In this document: piece after piece, positions 48,633 through 58,917 of the stretch
Numbering within the stretch: the first letter of the stretch is position 1
Layout of the letters: the number at the start of each line of letters is the position of its first letter
Virus record (IMG/VR): IMGVR_UViG_3300045115_000211
Span: 1 to 64,000 of that record
DNA: 64,000 nucleotides
From: a virus
Reading direction: 5' to 3' (one strand)
Program-made: the position numbers and the translations under genes
Notes under the pieces: generated by a model
What the model was told of the DNA's origin: nothing
The model's database searches: none
Seen by the model: only the letters and a program-made list of their open reading frames with translations

Positions 48633-49046
48633 ATGAGGACCCAGGTATTCGCCCATCGCGGCATCGTGGGCATCAAGTCGAACCCGGACGCCGAGGGGCT
48701 GCTCAACAGGCCCATGGACCCCGGACAGCTCGGCTTCGTCGTGGACGGCGCACACGTGGACATCCACCCCGACGCCATCGAAGCCCTGAAGACGGTCAAG
48801 AAGTCTGCCGACTGCATCGGCGACGTCGATGTGTTCAGGGGGAACGACGGCAAGGTCGTCTTCTCATGGCTGGGCGGGCCCATGCGCATAATCGATCCCG
48901 CCACCTGCGACGGGAGCCGCGACTATGACCCGAGCCTGCTTGTGCCCAACCCGGGCGTGCAAGTCGATCCCGACTTCGTGGCATGCGTCGAGAGCAAGTT
49001 CGCGGGGGCGCCAACCCAAGCGGGACCCGGCGCGAAGGAGGAATGA
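48633..49046 (+). CDS. hypothetical protein
   Basis: GGAGGT RBS. Confidence 0.55.
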   Translation: MRTQVFAHRGIVGIKSNPDAEGLLNRPMDPGQLGFVVDGAHVDIHPDAIEALKTVKKSADCIGDVDVFRGNDGKVVFSWLGGPMRIIDPATCDGSRDYDPSLLVPNPGVQVDPDFVACVESKFAGAPTQAGPGAKEE

Positions 49047-49504
49047 CGATGCACCTTCAATACGAGCACCACGGGACGATGGTCTGGGTCAGGGAAGACC
49101 TCAAGGGCAAGCACAGGTCGTTCCGCCTGTGCCACTCGTGCGCCAGGTTCAAGCCTGGGCAGCCCGACAACTGCCACATCGCAAACGACACCTACCAGAA
49201 CTGCGTCAGGCACGGCCTGACGACCCCCGTGTTCGAGTGCCCAGCCTTCGACCACCGCAAGGACAGGCCGACGTCGGGGCAGGTCGTCACGCTGGAGGAG
49301 GCCAAGCAGGACGAAGGGCTGCGCAAGGAGCTGGCGGGAGCCATGGTCATGATCCGCTCGCGGGAGCATGGCGCCTTCTGGCGGGAGAACTGCTGCGGAT
49401 ACACCGACCAGGCGTGGCAGGCAGGCGCCTACAGGTTCGAGGACGCCTACGAGAACACGTCCCATTGCGACAGGAGCAAGGGCATCGAGTTCGTCGTGCT
49501 CTAG
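49043..49504 (+). CDS. hypothetical Cys-rich protein
   Basis: GGAGG RBS; ATGA overlap. Confidence 0.5.
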   Translation: MTMHLQYEHHGTMVWVREDLKGKHRSFRLCHSCARFKPGQPDNCHIANDTYQNCVRHGLTTPVFECPAFDHRKDRPTSGQVVTLEEAKQDEGLRKELAGAMVMIRSREHGAFWRENCCGYTDQAWQAGAYRFEDAYENTSHCDRSKGIEFVVL

Positions 49505-50397
49505 GAGGACCGCCATGGGAAAGCTATACGTCGTGAGGGACGCCACCGGCAGGCAATGGCTGTGCCCGTCGAAGCCTGTGCTCGTCGGCTCTCCGCCGAA
49601 CAGGCGTTGGGAGATCAAGGTAAGCCCGATCGACACGGTGGGGGTGTGCAAGGAGAACGGCTGCATCATGCTGGGGCCGGTAGACGCCCTCGACAGGTCG
49701 TGCTTCGACGGCGAGGACGAGTGGAAGGCATACCCGGTCGGGATCGCCCTGTGACAGCGGGACGAACATTGGAGCGCGGATGGACCGGGGCTTGACCGTC
49801 GGCTGTAGAATGCCAGTATGTCGAAGTTCATGAGACAAGAGCAGGGGGATCGAGTTCGTCATCCTGCGGGATGCGTTGTGGGCGGCGAAAGGACAAACGG
49901 GAAGACCTGCAAGAGGCAGGACGGGTGCTCCACTCACGCATGGACGAGCCTCAAAAGCGGTCCTTGCCAATCCAAGGACTCGTGCAAGGACTACAAGCCC
50001 GTGTCCGCCACCTCGCTTCTTCCTCGGCTTCACAGCCACCCGACGCTTGAGCGCAAGCTCGGCGTTCCAGAGGGGCATGCCATCATCGACTCCGAGGCGT
50101 TCCTCTTGCTGCGCGAAATCCACGGCATGGGTCCCATCCGCCGCAAGCCCGACGTGCCGCGCGACAGGCGCGGCGTGAACGTCGGCGAATGGATCGACGC
50201 GAACTGAGGCGAGCATCCATGGCCGACTGCGTCATGTGTGGAGCCCCAATCCCGGACCGGCAGCGCACCTGCAGCATGTGCTACGGCGATCCCGACCACG
50301 GGAGCGACGGCTACTACAGGCGGTGGCTTGAGGAACAGGCAAGACAGGCCGAGGAACGCCGGCAAGAGCCGGAACCGCAGGAGCGGTAGAATGGGAT

Positions 50398-50997
50398 ATG
50401 CCGAAGTTCAGCGTCATCCTGGCGGATCCTCCCTGGCGCTTCGCCCCCATGGGCATAGACCCGTCGGTCGTCGCCGACAGGTACAAGGGCAGGTCTGCCG
50501 AGAGCCACTACGACACGATGGGCAGCCAGGAGTTGACGAGTCTCCCGGTGGCGAGCATAGCCGGCAATCCGTCCGTGCTGTTCCTGTGGACGACCAGCCC
50601 CTTCCTGTCGCACGCCATCTGCACGATGTCCGCATGGGGGTTCCGGTACAAGACCGTCGCCTTCGCATGGATCAAGCAGAACAAGGCGGGGACTGACTGG
50701 GCTTCCGGGATGGGGTGGTACACGCTGTCCAACGTCGAGCTGTGCATCCTCGGGACCAAGGGGGCCACCCTCAAGCGGCAATGCCGGAACGTGAGGCAAC
50801 TCGTCGTGGCACCGAGGCGCGAGCACAGCAGGAAGCCCGACGAGGTCAGGGCACGGATCGAGCGGATGTACGGCCCCGTGCCCAAGGTCGAGCTGTTCGC
50901 GCGGGAGCGGGCCGACGGGTGGACGTGTCTCGGCAACGAGGTGACTGGGAACGACATGGCCGAGGACATCATGGCCTTGGCGGAGGAGCGGCGATGA
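50398..50997 (+). CDS. MT-A70 family adenine methyltransferase
   Basis: ADPPW, HYDTM, LFLW, WGFRY, EHSRKP, ELFAR, GNE. Confidence 0.92.
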   Translation: MPKFSVILADPPWRFAPMGIDPSVVADRYKGRSAESHYDTMGSQELTSLPVASIAGNPSVLFLWTTSPFLSHAICTMSAWGFRYKTVAFAWIKQNKAGTDWASGMGWYTLSNVELCILGTKGATLKRQCRNVRQLVVAPRREHSRKPDEVRARIERMYGPVPKVELFARERADGWTCLGNEVTGNDMAEDIMALAEERR

Positions 50998-51312
50998 GCA
51001 CGAACTACGTCCAGCATGGCAAGATCGGGTGCCCGGTGTGCGGTAAGCAACGCGACCACCTCAAGATATGGCGCAACATAGGCGGGGTTCCATACTGCGC
51101 CTGCGAGGACTGCATCGACCTGTCCTTGGACGACCCATGCGAGACGAAGGAGAAGCTCGTCGAGGCGCTGCTCAGGATGGGGTTCAGGGCCGGCAGGGAG
51201 CACACTTCCGGGCAGGTCACAGGCTTCCTGTCCCGCCTCTCGGATCCTAAAGGCCGTTGACTCCACCCTGCGGATTTGGCATCATCGCTGTGGTCACGGC
51301 GACAGGCAATCC

Positions 51313-51702
51313 ATGCGCATCCTCGTGGACAGGGAGAACGCGGTGGTGGACGAGCTCAGGGCCAAGATGGCCAAGCCCGACCGCAGGCCGGCGTACCGCA
51401 CCGCCACCAGGGACTTCGTCGTGGACGGGTGGGACGGCGAAATGCCGATCCTTCGGGGGATGGGGCAGGTGGCCGTCGCGAGGGGGCAGACCCTGAAGAT
51501 CCCCAGGATGATGAGGCACGGGTACCTCGGCGTCACGGCGGACCTCGACGGGGACGGGACGGTGCAGGCCGTGATGCCGCATCGCGACGACAGGATCGCC
51601 GACCTGCGCTGGACGCGGGAGCCGACGGGCTTCGACCCGCAGGACGACGCCGACAGGAGGTTCGACGAGATGGTCGGGGGACAGGAGGACATCTTCCAAT
51701 GA
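51313..51702 (+). CDS. hypothetical protein
   Basis: ORF after a TTGACTCC promoter. Confidence 0.5.
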   Translation: MRILVDRENAVVDELRAKMAKPDRRPAYRTATRDFVVDGWDGEMPILRGMGQVAVARGQTLKIPRMMRHGYLGVTADLDGDGTVQAVMPHRDDRIADLRWTREPTGFDPQDDADRRFDEMVGGQEDIFQ

Positions 51703-51959
51703 GCGACTTCGAGAAGGACAGCGACTGTGTGGCGTACGCCCTCAACCTGTGGGCCAACTTCATCGAGACGGGAGACCTCACGTTGACGCACGACGATGTC
51801 GTCGGCCATCTTAAGGCTCTTGAATCCAACGACCAGACGTTCTCATGCCGCCACGAGAGGCAGACTCTGTTCGGCAAGCTGAAGGTCCTGACTGGGGACC
51901 AGAAGGCGTTCGTGGCGAGGCTGCGGGAACTTGCCAAAAAGCACAGGACTGCGTCTTGA
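51699..51959 (+). CDS. hypothetical protein
   Basis: ATGA overlap. Confidence 0.5.
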   Translation: MSDFEKDSDCVAYALNLWANFIETGDLTLTHDDVVGHLKALESNDQTFSCRHERQTLFGKLKVLTGDQKAFVARLRELAKKHRTAS

Positions 51960-52923
51960 TGTGACGAGACAACGCATCTGAAGAGCATTTGAATTTCCTG
52001 TCCAGAAAAACGGTGGCATCGTGATAGAGGTATTGGTACATCCGAAAGAAGTTGCGCATCCCGTTGTGCTCGATCCTTACGACCCTTCCGCTTCGGGAGT
52101 TGTTTCTCGGTTTGGCTCTCCTCATTCCGCACTCGCGGCACACGACTTCATCAACATGGTTGATGAATTCAATCGTTCCTATCATTCCGAACGAGCAACT
52201 GCCAGAGTTTGTCTTACTGATAGACCACCAGCCATCCCCATCGAAGTACCCCCGGATGAAATGCCTAACAAGGTTTTCTCTGATGTGGGGGAATGTCAGG
52301 CTTTCGGATTTCCTTGGCGTAACGCCACACGAAATAAGAGCCTTTGCAACAAGGCTGGAAAAGACTTTCAAATGAGTTCTGTGCCGAGTTTTCCCCGTTT
52401 GTTTGTCAATGTACTGGTCGAAGGAGATGGGATGGTCGGATTTCATAGCCGACCTAATCTTTTCCAAGTGCCCACAGTCCTTCCTGTTCAAACACAGCCT
52501 GAACCCTCGTGTTTTGTTGTCGTTGTCGACGCACCCGTCGGCGGCAATGAACCCAAGCCAATAGGCCTTATCCTCGGAATCGATGCTATCAAAGAAGTGC
52601 TCATCGACGGCATGAGTTCTGCGATGTCTTGTCTCAAAGACGCCTTGTGTTTCGAGGATTTGCTTGACCTTGTTGTAATGGAGGTCAAAACTTCGTGCTA
52701 TCTTGCTGGTTGGACATCCATCAGCAAACATCCTTATGACCGCTTGGAGGGTCTCGTGTGGAACGGGACACTGATCTTGGGCTATCAGGGCCGCTCTCCT
52801 CAAACAACTCTTGACCGTATTGCGGCCCAACCCCATCTCGACGGACAGCCTTCTTATCGCTTGTCCCGCATTGAATCTACGGATGATTTCTTCCGTCACT
52901 TGCTCGGACAGTTTGGCTGGCAT
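51811..52923 (-). mobile_element. LAGLIDADG homing endonuclease with N-terminal HTHs
   Basis: YWLGFIAADG and FIRGYFDGDG; lower GC. Confidence 0.9.
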
Positions 52924-52994
52924 ATTTCATCCTTCGATGCCGTCAATCAAAAACCCTTCTCGGGATGCTGGATGTTTCAACCATAGGAGATCAC

Positions 52995-54161
52995 ATGAGA
53001 ATAGGCCTATATGCCGCAACTCTTGACCCCATCACGAAGGGCCACCGCTGGATCATCGACGAGGCCGCCGGAATGTTCGACAAGCTCGTGGTCGCGGTCG
53101 CCGACAACCACGAGAAGCGCGGCAAGGTCATGTTCAGCGCCGAGGAGCGCGTCGCCATGGTCAAGGACACCCTCCCCCTTGGCCTCGAACTCGGCAATGA
53201 CGTCGAGGTCGTGACGTACGCCGGCGGGCATACCCCGCCGTTCACGGCGCGGTTCGCCAAGGCCATCGGGGCGACGCACCTCATCCGCGGCATCCGCAAC
53301 GAGGCGGACTTCACGGCGGAGCAGGCAATCCGTCACGTCAACCAGGACATCTGCCCGGAGGTCAGGACCGTCTTCCTCGTGCCGCCGCGGCACCTCTCGG
53401 AGGTCAGCTCCAGCATGGTCAAGGGCCTTGTCGGGTTCGACGGGTGGCGGGACGTCGTGGAGCGGTACGTCGATTCGCCTGTCGTGAAGCGGTTCCAGGC
53501 CAGGCGGCTGGAGGCCAGCGAGGTCCTGATGCGCCTGGGAGCGTCATACTCGTGCGCCTTCGCCGCCAAACAGTTCCTCGACAAGGCGTACGGGGACATG
53601 TCCGAGTCCAGCCGGGTCTACCACAACGACCGCCACATCAGGGAGTGCCTTGGGCTGATGGACATGGTGGTTTCCGACAGCCACGTCAGCCCCCAGGACT
53701 TCGACGAGATCGCCGCCGCCCTATGGTTCCACGACTGCGTCTACGACGTCGGGTCGAAGAACAACGAGACCCGCAGCGCTGGGGAGTTCGGGAGGTTCGC
53801 CTCCGAGATCAACACGGACGTCGTGGCGACCGTCAAGAGGATGATCGAAGGCACGAGGGAGCATGCGTTCAGCGGCGAGCACAAGGCGAACGTCGTCAGC
53901 GACATCGATATGGCGATCCTCGCGGCGCCGGCGGCGAGGTTCGGAGAGTACGAGGACGCGATCCGGCGCGAGTACGGCCACATCCCCGACCCAATGTTCT
54001 ACCCAGCCCGAAGGAGGTTCCTTGAGAGCTGCCTAGCCGGGCCGGTCTACTATGCCGAGAAGTTCCGGCCGCTTCGCGCGCGGATGGCCGAAAACGTCCG
54101 GCGGCTGCTGGCGACCGAGCCGTACGCCAAGAGGTGGGATCTGCAAGGCAATGAGGGATAA
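52995..54161 (+). CDS. coaD: phosphopantetheine adenylyltransferase fused to HD-domain hydrolase
   Basis: DPITKGH, FSAEER, IRGIRN..DF..E, VSSSMVK; C-terminal RVYHN..H, WFHD, D.D.AIL, IRREY. Confidence 0.85.
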   Translation: MRIGLYAATLDPITKGHRWIIDEAAGMFDKLVVAVADNHEKRGKVMFSAEERVAMVKDTLPLGLELGNDVEVVTYAGGHTPPFTARFAKAIGATHLIRGIRNEADFTAEQAIRHVNQDICPEVRTVFLVPPRHLSEVSSSMVKGLVGFDGWRDVVERYVDSPVVKRFQARRLEASEVLMRLGASYSCAFAAKQFLDKAYGDMSESSRVYHNDRHIRECLGLMDMVVSDSHVSPQDFDEIAAALWFHDCVYDVGSKNNETRSAGEFGRFASEINTDVVATVKRMIEGTREHAFSGEHKANVVSDIDMAILAAPAARFGEYEDAIRREYGHIPDPMFYPARRRFLESCLAGPVYYAEKFRPLRARMAENVRRLLATEPYAKRWDLQGNEG

Positions 54162-54702
54162 GTCCACCATAACAACGGCCGACGCCGAGAGGCTCCTGTC
54201 GAAGGGGTGGAGACTGACGGAACACAAGTGCGTCTTCCATGGCCATTCCTACTACGTGCATGACGAGTCCAGAAGGGGGCTTTGTGGCAGCGCGGCTTAC
54301 ATCAACAGGGACGTCTTCGATGCGCTCGTCAAGCGCGGACATCGTCCAGTCCGCCGCACGCATGCGTGACCCGTCCTTCGCGTCTCTTTTCCTGTCCGAG
54401 CCGTCAGGATGGAGCGACCGCGACCGCAGGGCCGACGCAGCGACCGAGGAATACGAGTCGCGGTGCGAGTCCTTCGACAGGGCCGTGTGCCGGAGGAGGA
54501 ACGAGAGGGGAATAGCCATCCCGACGCTTCCCGGCGAACTGTGGGAGATCAACAGGCACGCCAGGAAGGTCCAGAAGGACGTCTGCGACAGGCACGGGGT
54601 GGAATGGAAGGCATTGAGGGAGGCCTTGTGGCGCCTCGACAGGAGCGGAACGATCGTCCGTCGCGCCGCCGCGCCGCCGAAGGAGAGACAGCGATGTGCG
54701 AC

Positions 54703-55023
54703 ATGAGGATCCAGGACAAGGCGGAGTACCGCCGCCTGCTCGACGAGATCGGAGCCGACTACTGCCCCGAGGGGAGGTACTGCATCTTCAAGGAGTTCCT
54801 CGTGGCGTCGCACCCCTCGCGTCGCCTGCTCGTCCAACTCAAGTGCTGCGACAAGGCAAAGTTCGCGTGGAGCAAGGACGGCGGCAAGGACATCGGATGG
54901 GAGGAGACGCTAAAACGCTGGGTAGATTCGGGATTGGCAAGGCGCTTTGCGGAGGTCTACGCGGACTCCCTTTCTCCAAGGGAAGTGTTCAGAATGACAT
55001 TCGAACAGCCGCAAGTCTCTTGA
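54703..55023 (+). CDS. hypothetical protein
   Basis: ATGA-coupled ORF. Confidence 0.5.
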   Translation: MRIQDKAEYRRLLDEIGADYCPEGRYCIFKEFLVASHPSRRLLVQLKCCDKAKFAWSKDGGKDIGWEETLKRWVDSGLARRFAEVYADSLSPREVFRMTFEQPQVS

Positions 55024-55706
55024 TCGTCGGCACCTTCACGATGCTTGGCTCCATTCGTGTTCCCCATCAGAGCTTTTCTGATTTTGTCCCTAGTTTCTTG
55101 GGATACTGGGTGTCCCATTCTTGCAGCACTCATCTTGGCTCGTGTGACGTCAGATATGATCTTGCCAGTTTCAGATTGACTGATCTTCAGACGCACCGAT
55201 GCTGGGATATGCCGACCCCAGTTGGGGCTTTTCGACCCCCTGAAAGCCTTGGATATTTTCGCTTTAGTCGCTTCCGACTGTGGGTGTCCTGGTTTCCCCA
55301 GTTTCGCAACTCGCATCAGCATCTTTGTATGCTCTGAATGAGGTCCGCGTTTCTTCCCAAGTTTGGCAATGCTCATCCTCCTGCGACTTTCTTCGCTATG
55401 CCTTGGCGCATGACCGCCGCCCATCATATTGTATCCATGGGCCCTGTCGGTAGTCCTATATGCGGCAATCAGGCGAGATTCTGCCTCGTCCAAGTTTTCA
55501 GGAGCGCAGTGCTCCAAGACTTCGAAAACAAAAGCATCCTCTCCGTGCTTGTTCCATGCGGCCTGAAGGTGGCGATTTGGATGGAATCCACGACGCAGTT
55601 GTCCCCTGTGCCCATTCCATCTGTTCCTGATGTCCATGGATTGACCGATGTTCCGCTTCCCGTTGACGGTGTTCGTGATGCTGTATATGCCGCTCATCTT
55701 GCTCAC
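54957..55706 (-). mobile_element. GIY-YIG homing endonuclease with NUMOD3 repeats
   Basis: GIYSITNTVNGKRNIGQS (YIG changed to NIG), HSEESRRRMS repeats; lower GC. Confidence 0.88.
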
Positions 55707-55861
55707 TTCGCGCCTCCTTCGACCCTTTCGAATGCTTCTTTGATAAGGTTCCTGACGAGTTGGGAAAGGTTCACGGAATGCTTTTTCTTGAGGACGTCGA
55801 GCATGCGTCTCTCTTCGACCCCTATTTCGACATAGAATCCAATGCGCTTGTCTGTATTCAT
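55703..55861 (-). CDS. 52-aa ribbon-helix-helix-like micro-protein (not in ORF track)
   Basis: MNTDKRIGFYVEI...VNLSQLVRNLIKEA; GTGA-coupled to the GIY-YIG gene. Confidence 0.75.
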   Translation of the reverse strand: MNTDKRIGFYVEIGVEERRMLDVLKKKHSVNLSQLVRNLIKEAFERVEGGAK

Positions 55862-56007
55862 GCCCTATGGTTCTCTATAACGACTGGGAAATCCTTCGTC
55901 CATTTTGACCGTTGACTTCCCTGTCGGGGCATGCTACGATGCAGGGCGAAAGGAAGGTCAGGACCGATGGGCGAGGCGATTGAGATGGTGGAAGAGGAGG
56001 TGTTCCC

Positions 56008-56901
56008 ATGATCAGCAGGAGCAGGTCGAGCGGTGATTGGGCGTTGAACGTGTTCGAGGGGTTCCGCATCGATACGATGCTGCCGAAGCACACGAGGGTC
56101 CGCGAGCTGGCGAAGCAGGCCCAACAGGGCGGGATCATCCAGAACGCGGTCGGCGACGGCGCATCGTCCGACCCGTTCGTGTCCATGAAGGTCCAGAGGT
56201 GGGGCACCTTCAACGGCTGGGCCGATGGCGACTCCAAGGATCTGCCAGGATGGCGCCGCAAGGCCGTCAGGTTCTTCGAGCGCGCCCTCGGCGTCGCCCC
56301 GGCCCGCAGGGACGACCCTCCGAGCGGCAGGATCGACCCCCTCAGGGTTCTCATGGAGGCGAAGGTGTCCCTCGCGGAAGTCCGCAACTGCATGGACAGG
56401 ATGGCGGCCTACGACGAGGCGATACGGCAGGCGGCGCAGGGAGGCCAGACCGCGCGGGTCGAGAAGCTGATGCTGGCCCGCAAGACAGTCCAGCAGGAGA
56501 GCGTCCTTCTCGCCGGCGGCTTCGGCAGGTTCCTGTCCGAGGCCCAGGCGATAGAGTTCGCGTCGAAGTGCCAGAAGGGGTTGCGGCTCGACTGGGCGGC
56601 CAACTTCGTCCGCCCCTTCCCTCCGGACGCCCTCGCCCGCAAGAAGGCGGCCGACGAGCTGATGGTGTTCGACAACTACGCCTTGCTGCACTACGACCCC
56701 AAGGCGAAGGCGTTCTCGCTGACGGCCGCGCAGGAGGCGGCCAAGCGCGACCCCATCCTGTTCGGGCTGATCGAGGGGGTCAGGAAGCTGTACTTCGTGG
56801 CGGACTGGAAGGACGACGAGTGCGACCTGACGATGGACGAGGTCGCGAGGGTGCTGGGGCACGGCCCAGGGGAAATCGGGATCGATCCGACGAGGGAATA
56901 G
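56008..56901 (+). CDS. conserved-looking phage hypothetical protein
   Basis: GAGGAGG RBS; FDNY..LHYDP...DPILFG...LYFVADW...CDLT. Confidence 0.6.
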   Translation: MISRSRSSGDWALNVFEGFRIDTMLPKHTRVRELAKQAQQGGIIQNAVGDGASSDPFVSMKVQRWGTFNGWADGDSKDLPGWRRKAVRFFERALGVAPARRDDPPSGRIDPLRVLMEAKVSLAEVRNCMDRMAAYDEAIRQAAQGGQTARVEKLMLARKTVQQESVLLAGGFGRFLSEAQAIEFASKCQKGLRLDWAANFVRPFPPDALARKKAADELMVFDNYALLHYDPKAKAFSLTAAQEAAKRDPILFGLIEGVRKLYFVADWKDDECDLTMDEVARVLGHGPGEIGIDPTRE

Positions 56902-56914
56902 GAAGGCGACCGCG

Positions 56915-57496
56915 ATGGGCGACGAGCACGAGTGGATGGGCAGGGTGGCCGGCGAGGCGAGGTTCGCCGCCAACCACAACGGCAGGGAGTGGTTCGAGAC
57001 CAAGTTCGTCCCTTCCCTGCCCGAGGAGCACAGGGCGTTCGCCCTGGGGAAGCTGGCGGAGTACGAGCGGAGGCGCGCCAACGCGGGAGCGGCGGCAGGC
57101 GAGAAGCACGCCAGAAGCTGCCCCTACCGCCGCGCCGGGCTCGTGCCGATCCGGACCGTCCTGGCCAACGTGGGCGGACGCGTGGTCGTCGAGGGGAACG
57201 TGGTCAGTTGCGACTCGTGGCGCATCCACCTGTACGCCGCGAAGGGCGTCAGGTGCGCCCATTGCGGGATGGAGGGCACCACGTTCGCCGCCGAGAGGGC
57301 CAAGTCGCAGTCCACGCCCAAGTACCACCTCAACCTCTACCACGTCGCCGAGGGCGGCGAGGAGACCATGATCACGGTCGACCACATCGTGCCCAAGTCG
57401 AGGGGCGGCGGGAACCACGTCTCCAACCTCCAGCCCCTCTGCATCAAGTGCAACGGGCGCAAGGGCGACAGGATGCCGTCCGACGAGGCGGCATAG
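56915..57496 (+). CDS. HNH domain protein
   Basis: TVDHIVPKSRGG.N..SNLQPLC..CN..K; native GC content. Confidence 0.85.
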   Translation: MGDEHEWMGRVAGEARFAANHNGREWFETKFVPSLPEEHRAFALGKLAEYERRRANAGAAAGEKHARSCPYRRAGLVPIRTVLANVGGRVVVEGNVVSCDSWRIHLYAAKGVRCAHCGMEGTTFAAERAKSQSTPKYHLNLYHVAEGGEETMITVDHIVPKSRGGGNHVSNLQPLCIKCNGRKGDRMPSDEAA

Positions 57497-57518
57497 GGAA
57501 AGGAAGCCTGGTGAAGCC

Positions 57519-58034
57519 GTGGACGACATGGGACTCGCTAGGGCCTTCGCGGAGTCCGATCCTGGGCTCAGGGTCTTCGTCCGGTCATGCCTGCGCGACG
57601 ACTCCGACGCGGACGACGTCGTGCAGGAAGTCTGGCTCACGGTCGTCCGCAAGCTGCCGTCGTACGACAGCTCAAGGTCGTTCAGGGCATGGGTCTTCGG
57701 CATCGCGAGGATGCAGGTGCTCAAGTGGCGCCAGTCCAAGGCCAGGCGCCGGGAGTTCGCCGTGCCGGACGAGACCATCGCCCAGATGTCGCAGGCCGTC
57801 GAGGACGGGCCTGTCGGGCCCAGCGCGTGCGAGGACGCCATACGCAGGTGCCTCGAAAGGATGGGCGGAAGGCCGAGGGAGATGCTGCGCCTCAAGTACG
57901 CCGTCGGGCTGAAGTCGGCCGAGATCGCCAGGAGGCTGGGGATGACGTCGGGGGCGGTGGACATGGGGCTGACGAGGGCCCGCAGGGCCCTGCGCGCGGC
58001 GGTCACGGGCATGTTGAGGAGGGAGGGGGAATGA
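57519..58034 (+). CDS. ECF sigma factor
   Basis: DADDVVQEV, SFRAWVFGIAR, EIARRLG HTH. Confidence 0.9.
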   Translation: MDDMGLARAFAESDPGLRVFVRSCLRDDSDADDVVQEVWLTVVRKLPSYDSSRSFRAWVFGIARMQVLKWRQSKARRREFAVPDETIAQMSQAVEDGPVGPSACEDAIRRCLERMGGRPREMLRLKYAVGLKSAEIARRLGMTSGAVDMGLTRARRALRAAVTGMLRREGE

Positions 58035-58917
58035 GCATCGCTGTTTTCGGGGACATCGTCGAGGGCAACGGCAGGACGATCCGGCAGAACAACATGGCAA
58101 GGGCGCACGCCATCCCGCTGGGGGCGTTCGTGGAGATCGACTGCCCGGACGTCCCGGAGTGGCACGGGTGCCGCCTGTTCGTCGTCAGGCACGACAGGGA
58201 CTGCGACGGGACCCCCCTCTATTCCCTCGGGAAGAAGGGCGAGGACAACCCCTATGCCCTCCGGCTCAACCAGTGCAACGGGTGGAGCGAGGAAAGCCTG
58301 AAGGTCGTCAGGAACCCGCAGGAGGAGACATGCAAAGGAAGTGCGTCTGCAACGGCGGCGGCCATATGTGGTACGCCGACTCGTTCGACAAGGACAACGG
58401 CAAGCCTTGCTCGTGGTGCAATCCCGCAGGGCTTGCCAAAAAGCACGGCGGCAGGCTTGGCGAGATCAGCGTCTGCGGCGTGTGGTCGGGGGCCAAGAGC
58501 CACAGGCTGACCGCCAGGTACGCCTGCGGATGCTCCTCCGCGATCCACGGGAACGGGCACCTGTCCCGCAAGCCGACGAGGATGCCGACCCTGTGCGCCA
58601 GGCACAAGAAGCCCATGACGTCGTTCCGCGAGTCGATGGTGATGGAGTGATGCGACCGGAAGGTGGAATCAGGAAGGGGACGCGTGTCCGGGTGCTGCTG
58701 GACGGCGAGGACGAGCCTTGCCTCGGCGAGCTGCTTGAGTCCCACGTCCAGGGATCCGAGGACATGACCCACTCCACGTCCATCCTGCTCGACGACGGGA
58801 GGGTCGTCCAGTCCGACGGGTGCTGCTGGCTGCCTTGCAACCAGCTCGCCCCTTTGCCGTTGACTCCGTGACGGTATTCCGCTATGATGTCGTTGCCCTG
58901 AAGGAGGGGAACCGAAC

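Noticed and set aside
48546-48636. Short ORF MSHTTQG... as another leader peptide
   Set aside because: No run of control codons and no alternative hairpins or terminator.
46104-48767. Long antisense ORFs (887 aa here; also 758-2755, 35727-37487, 59456-61372)
   Set aside because: Shadow ORFs of GC-rich genes on the opposite strand, with no domain motifs.
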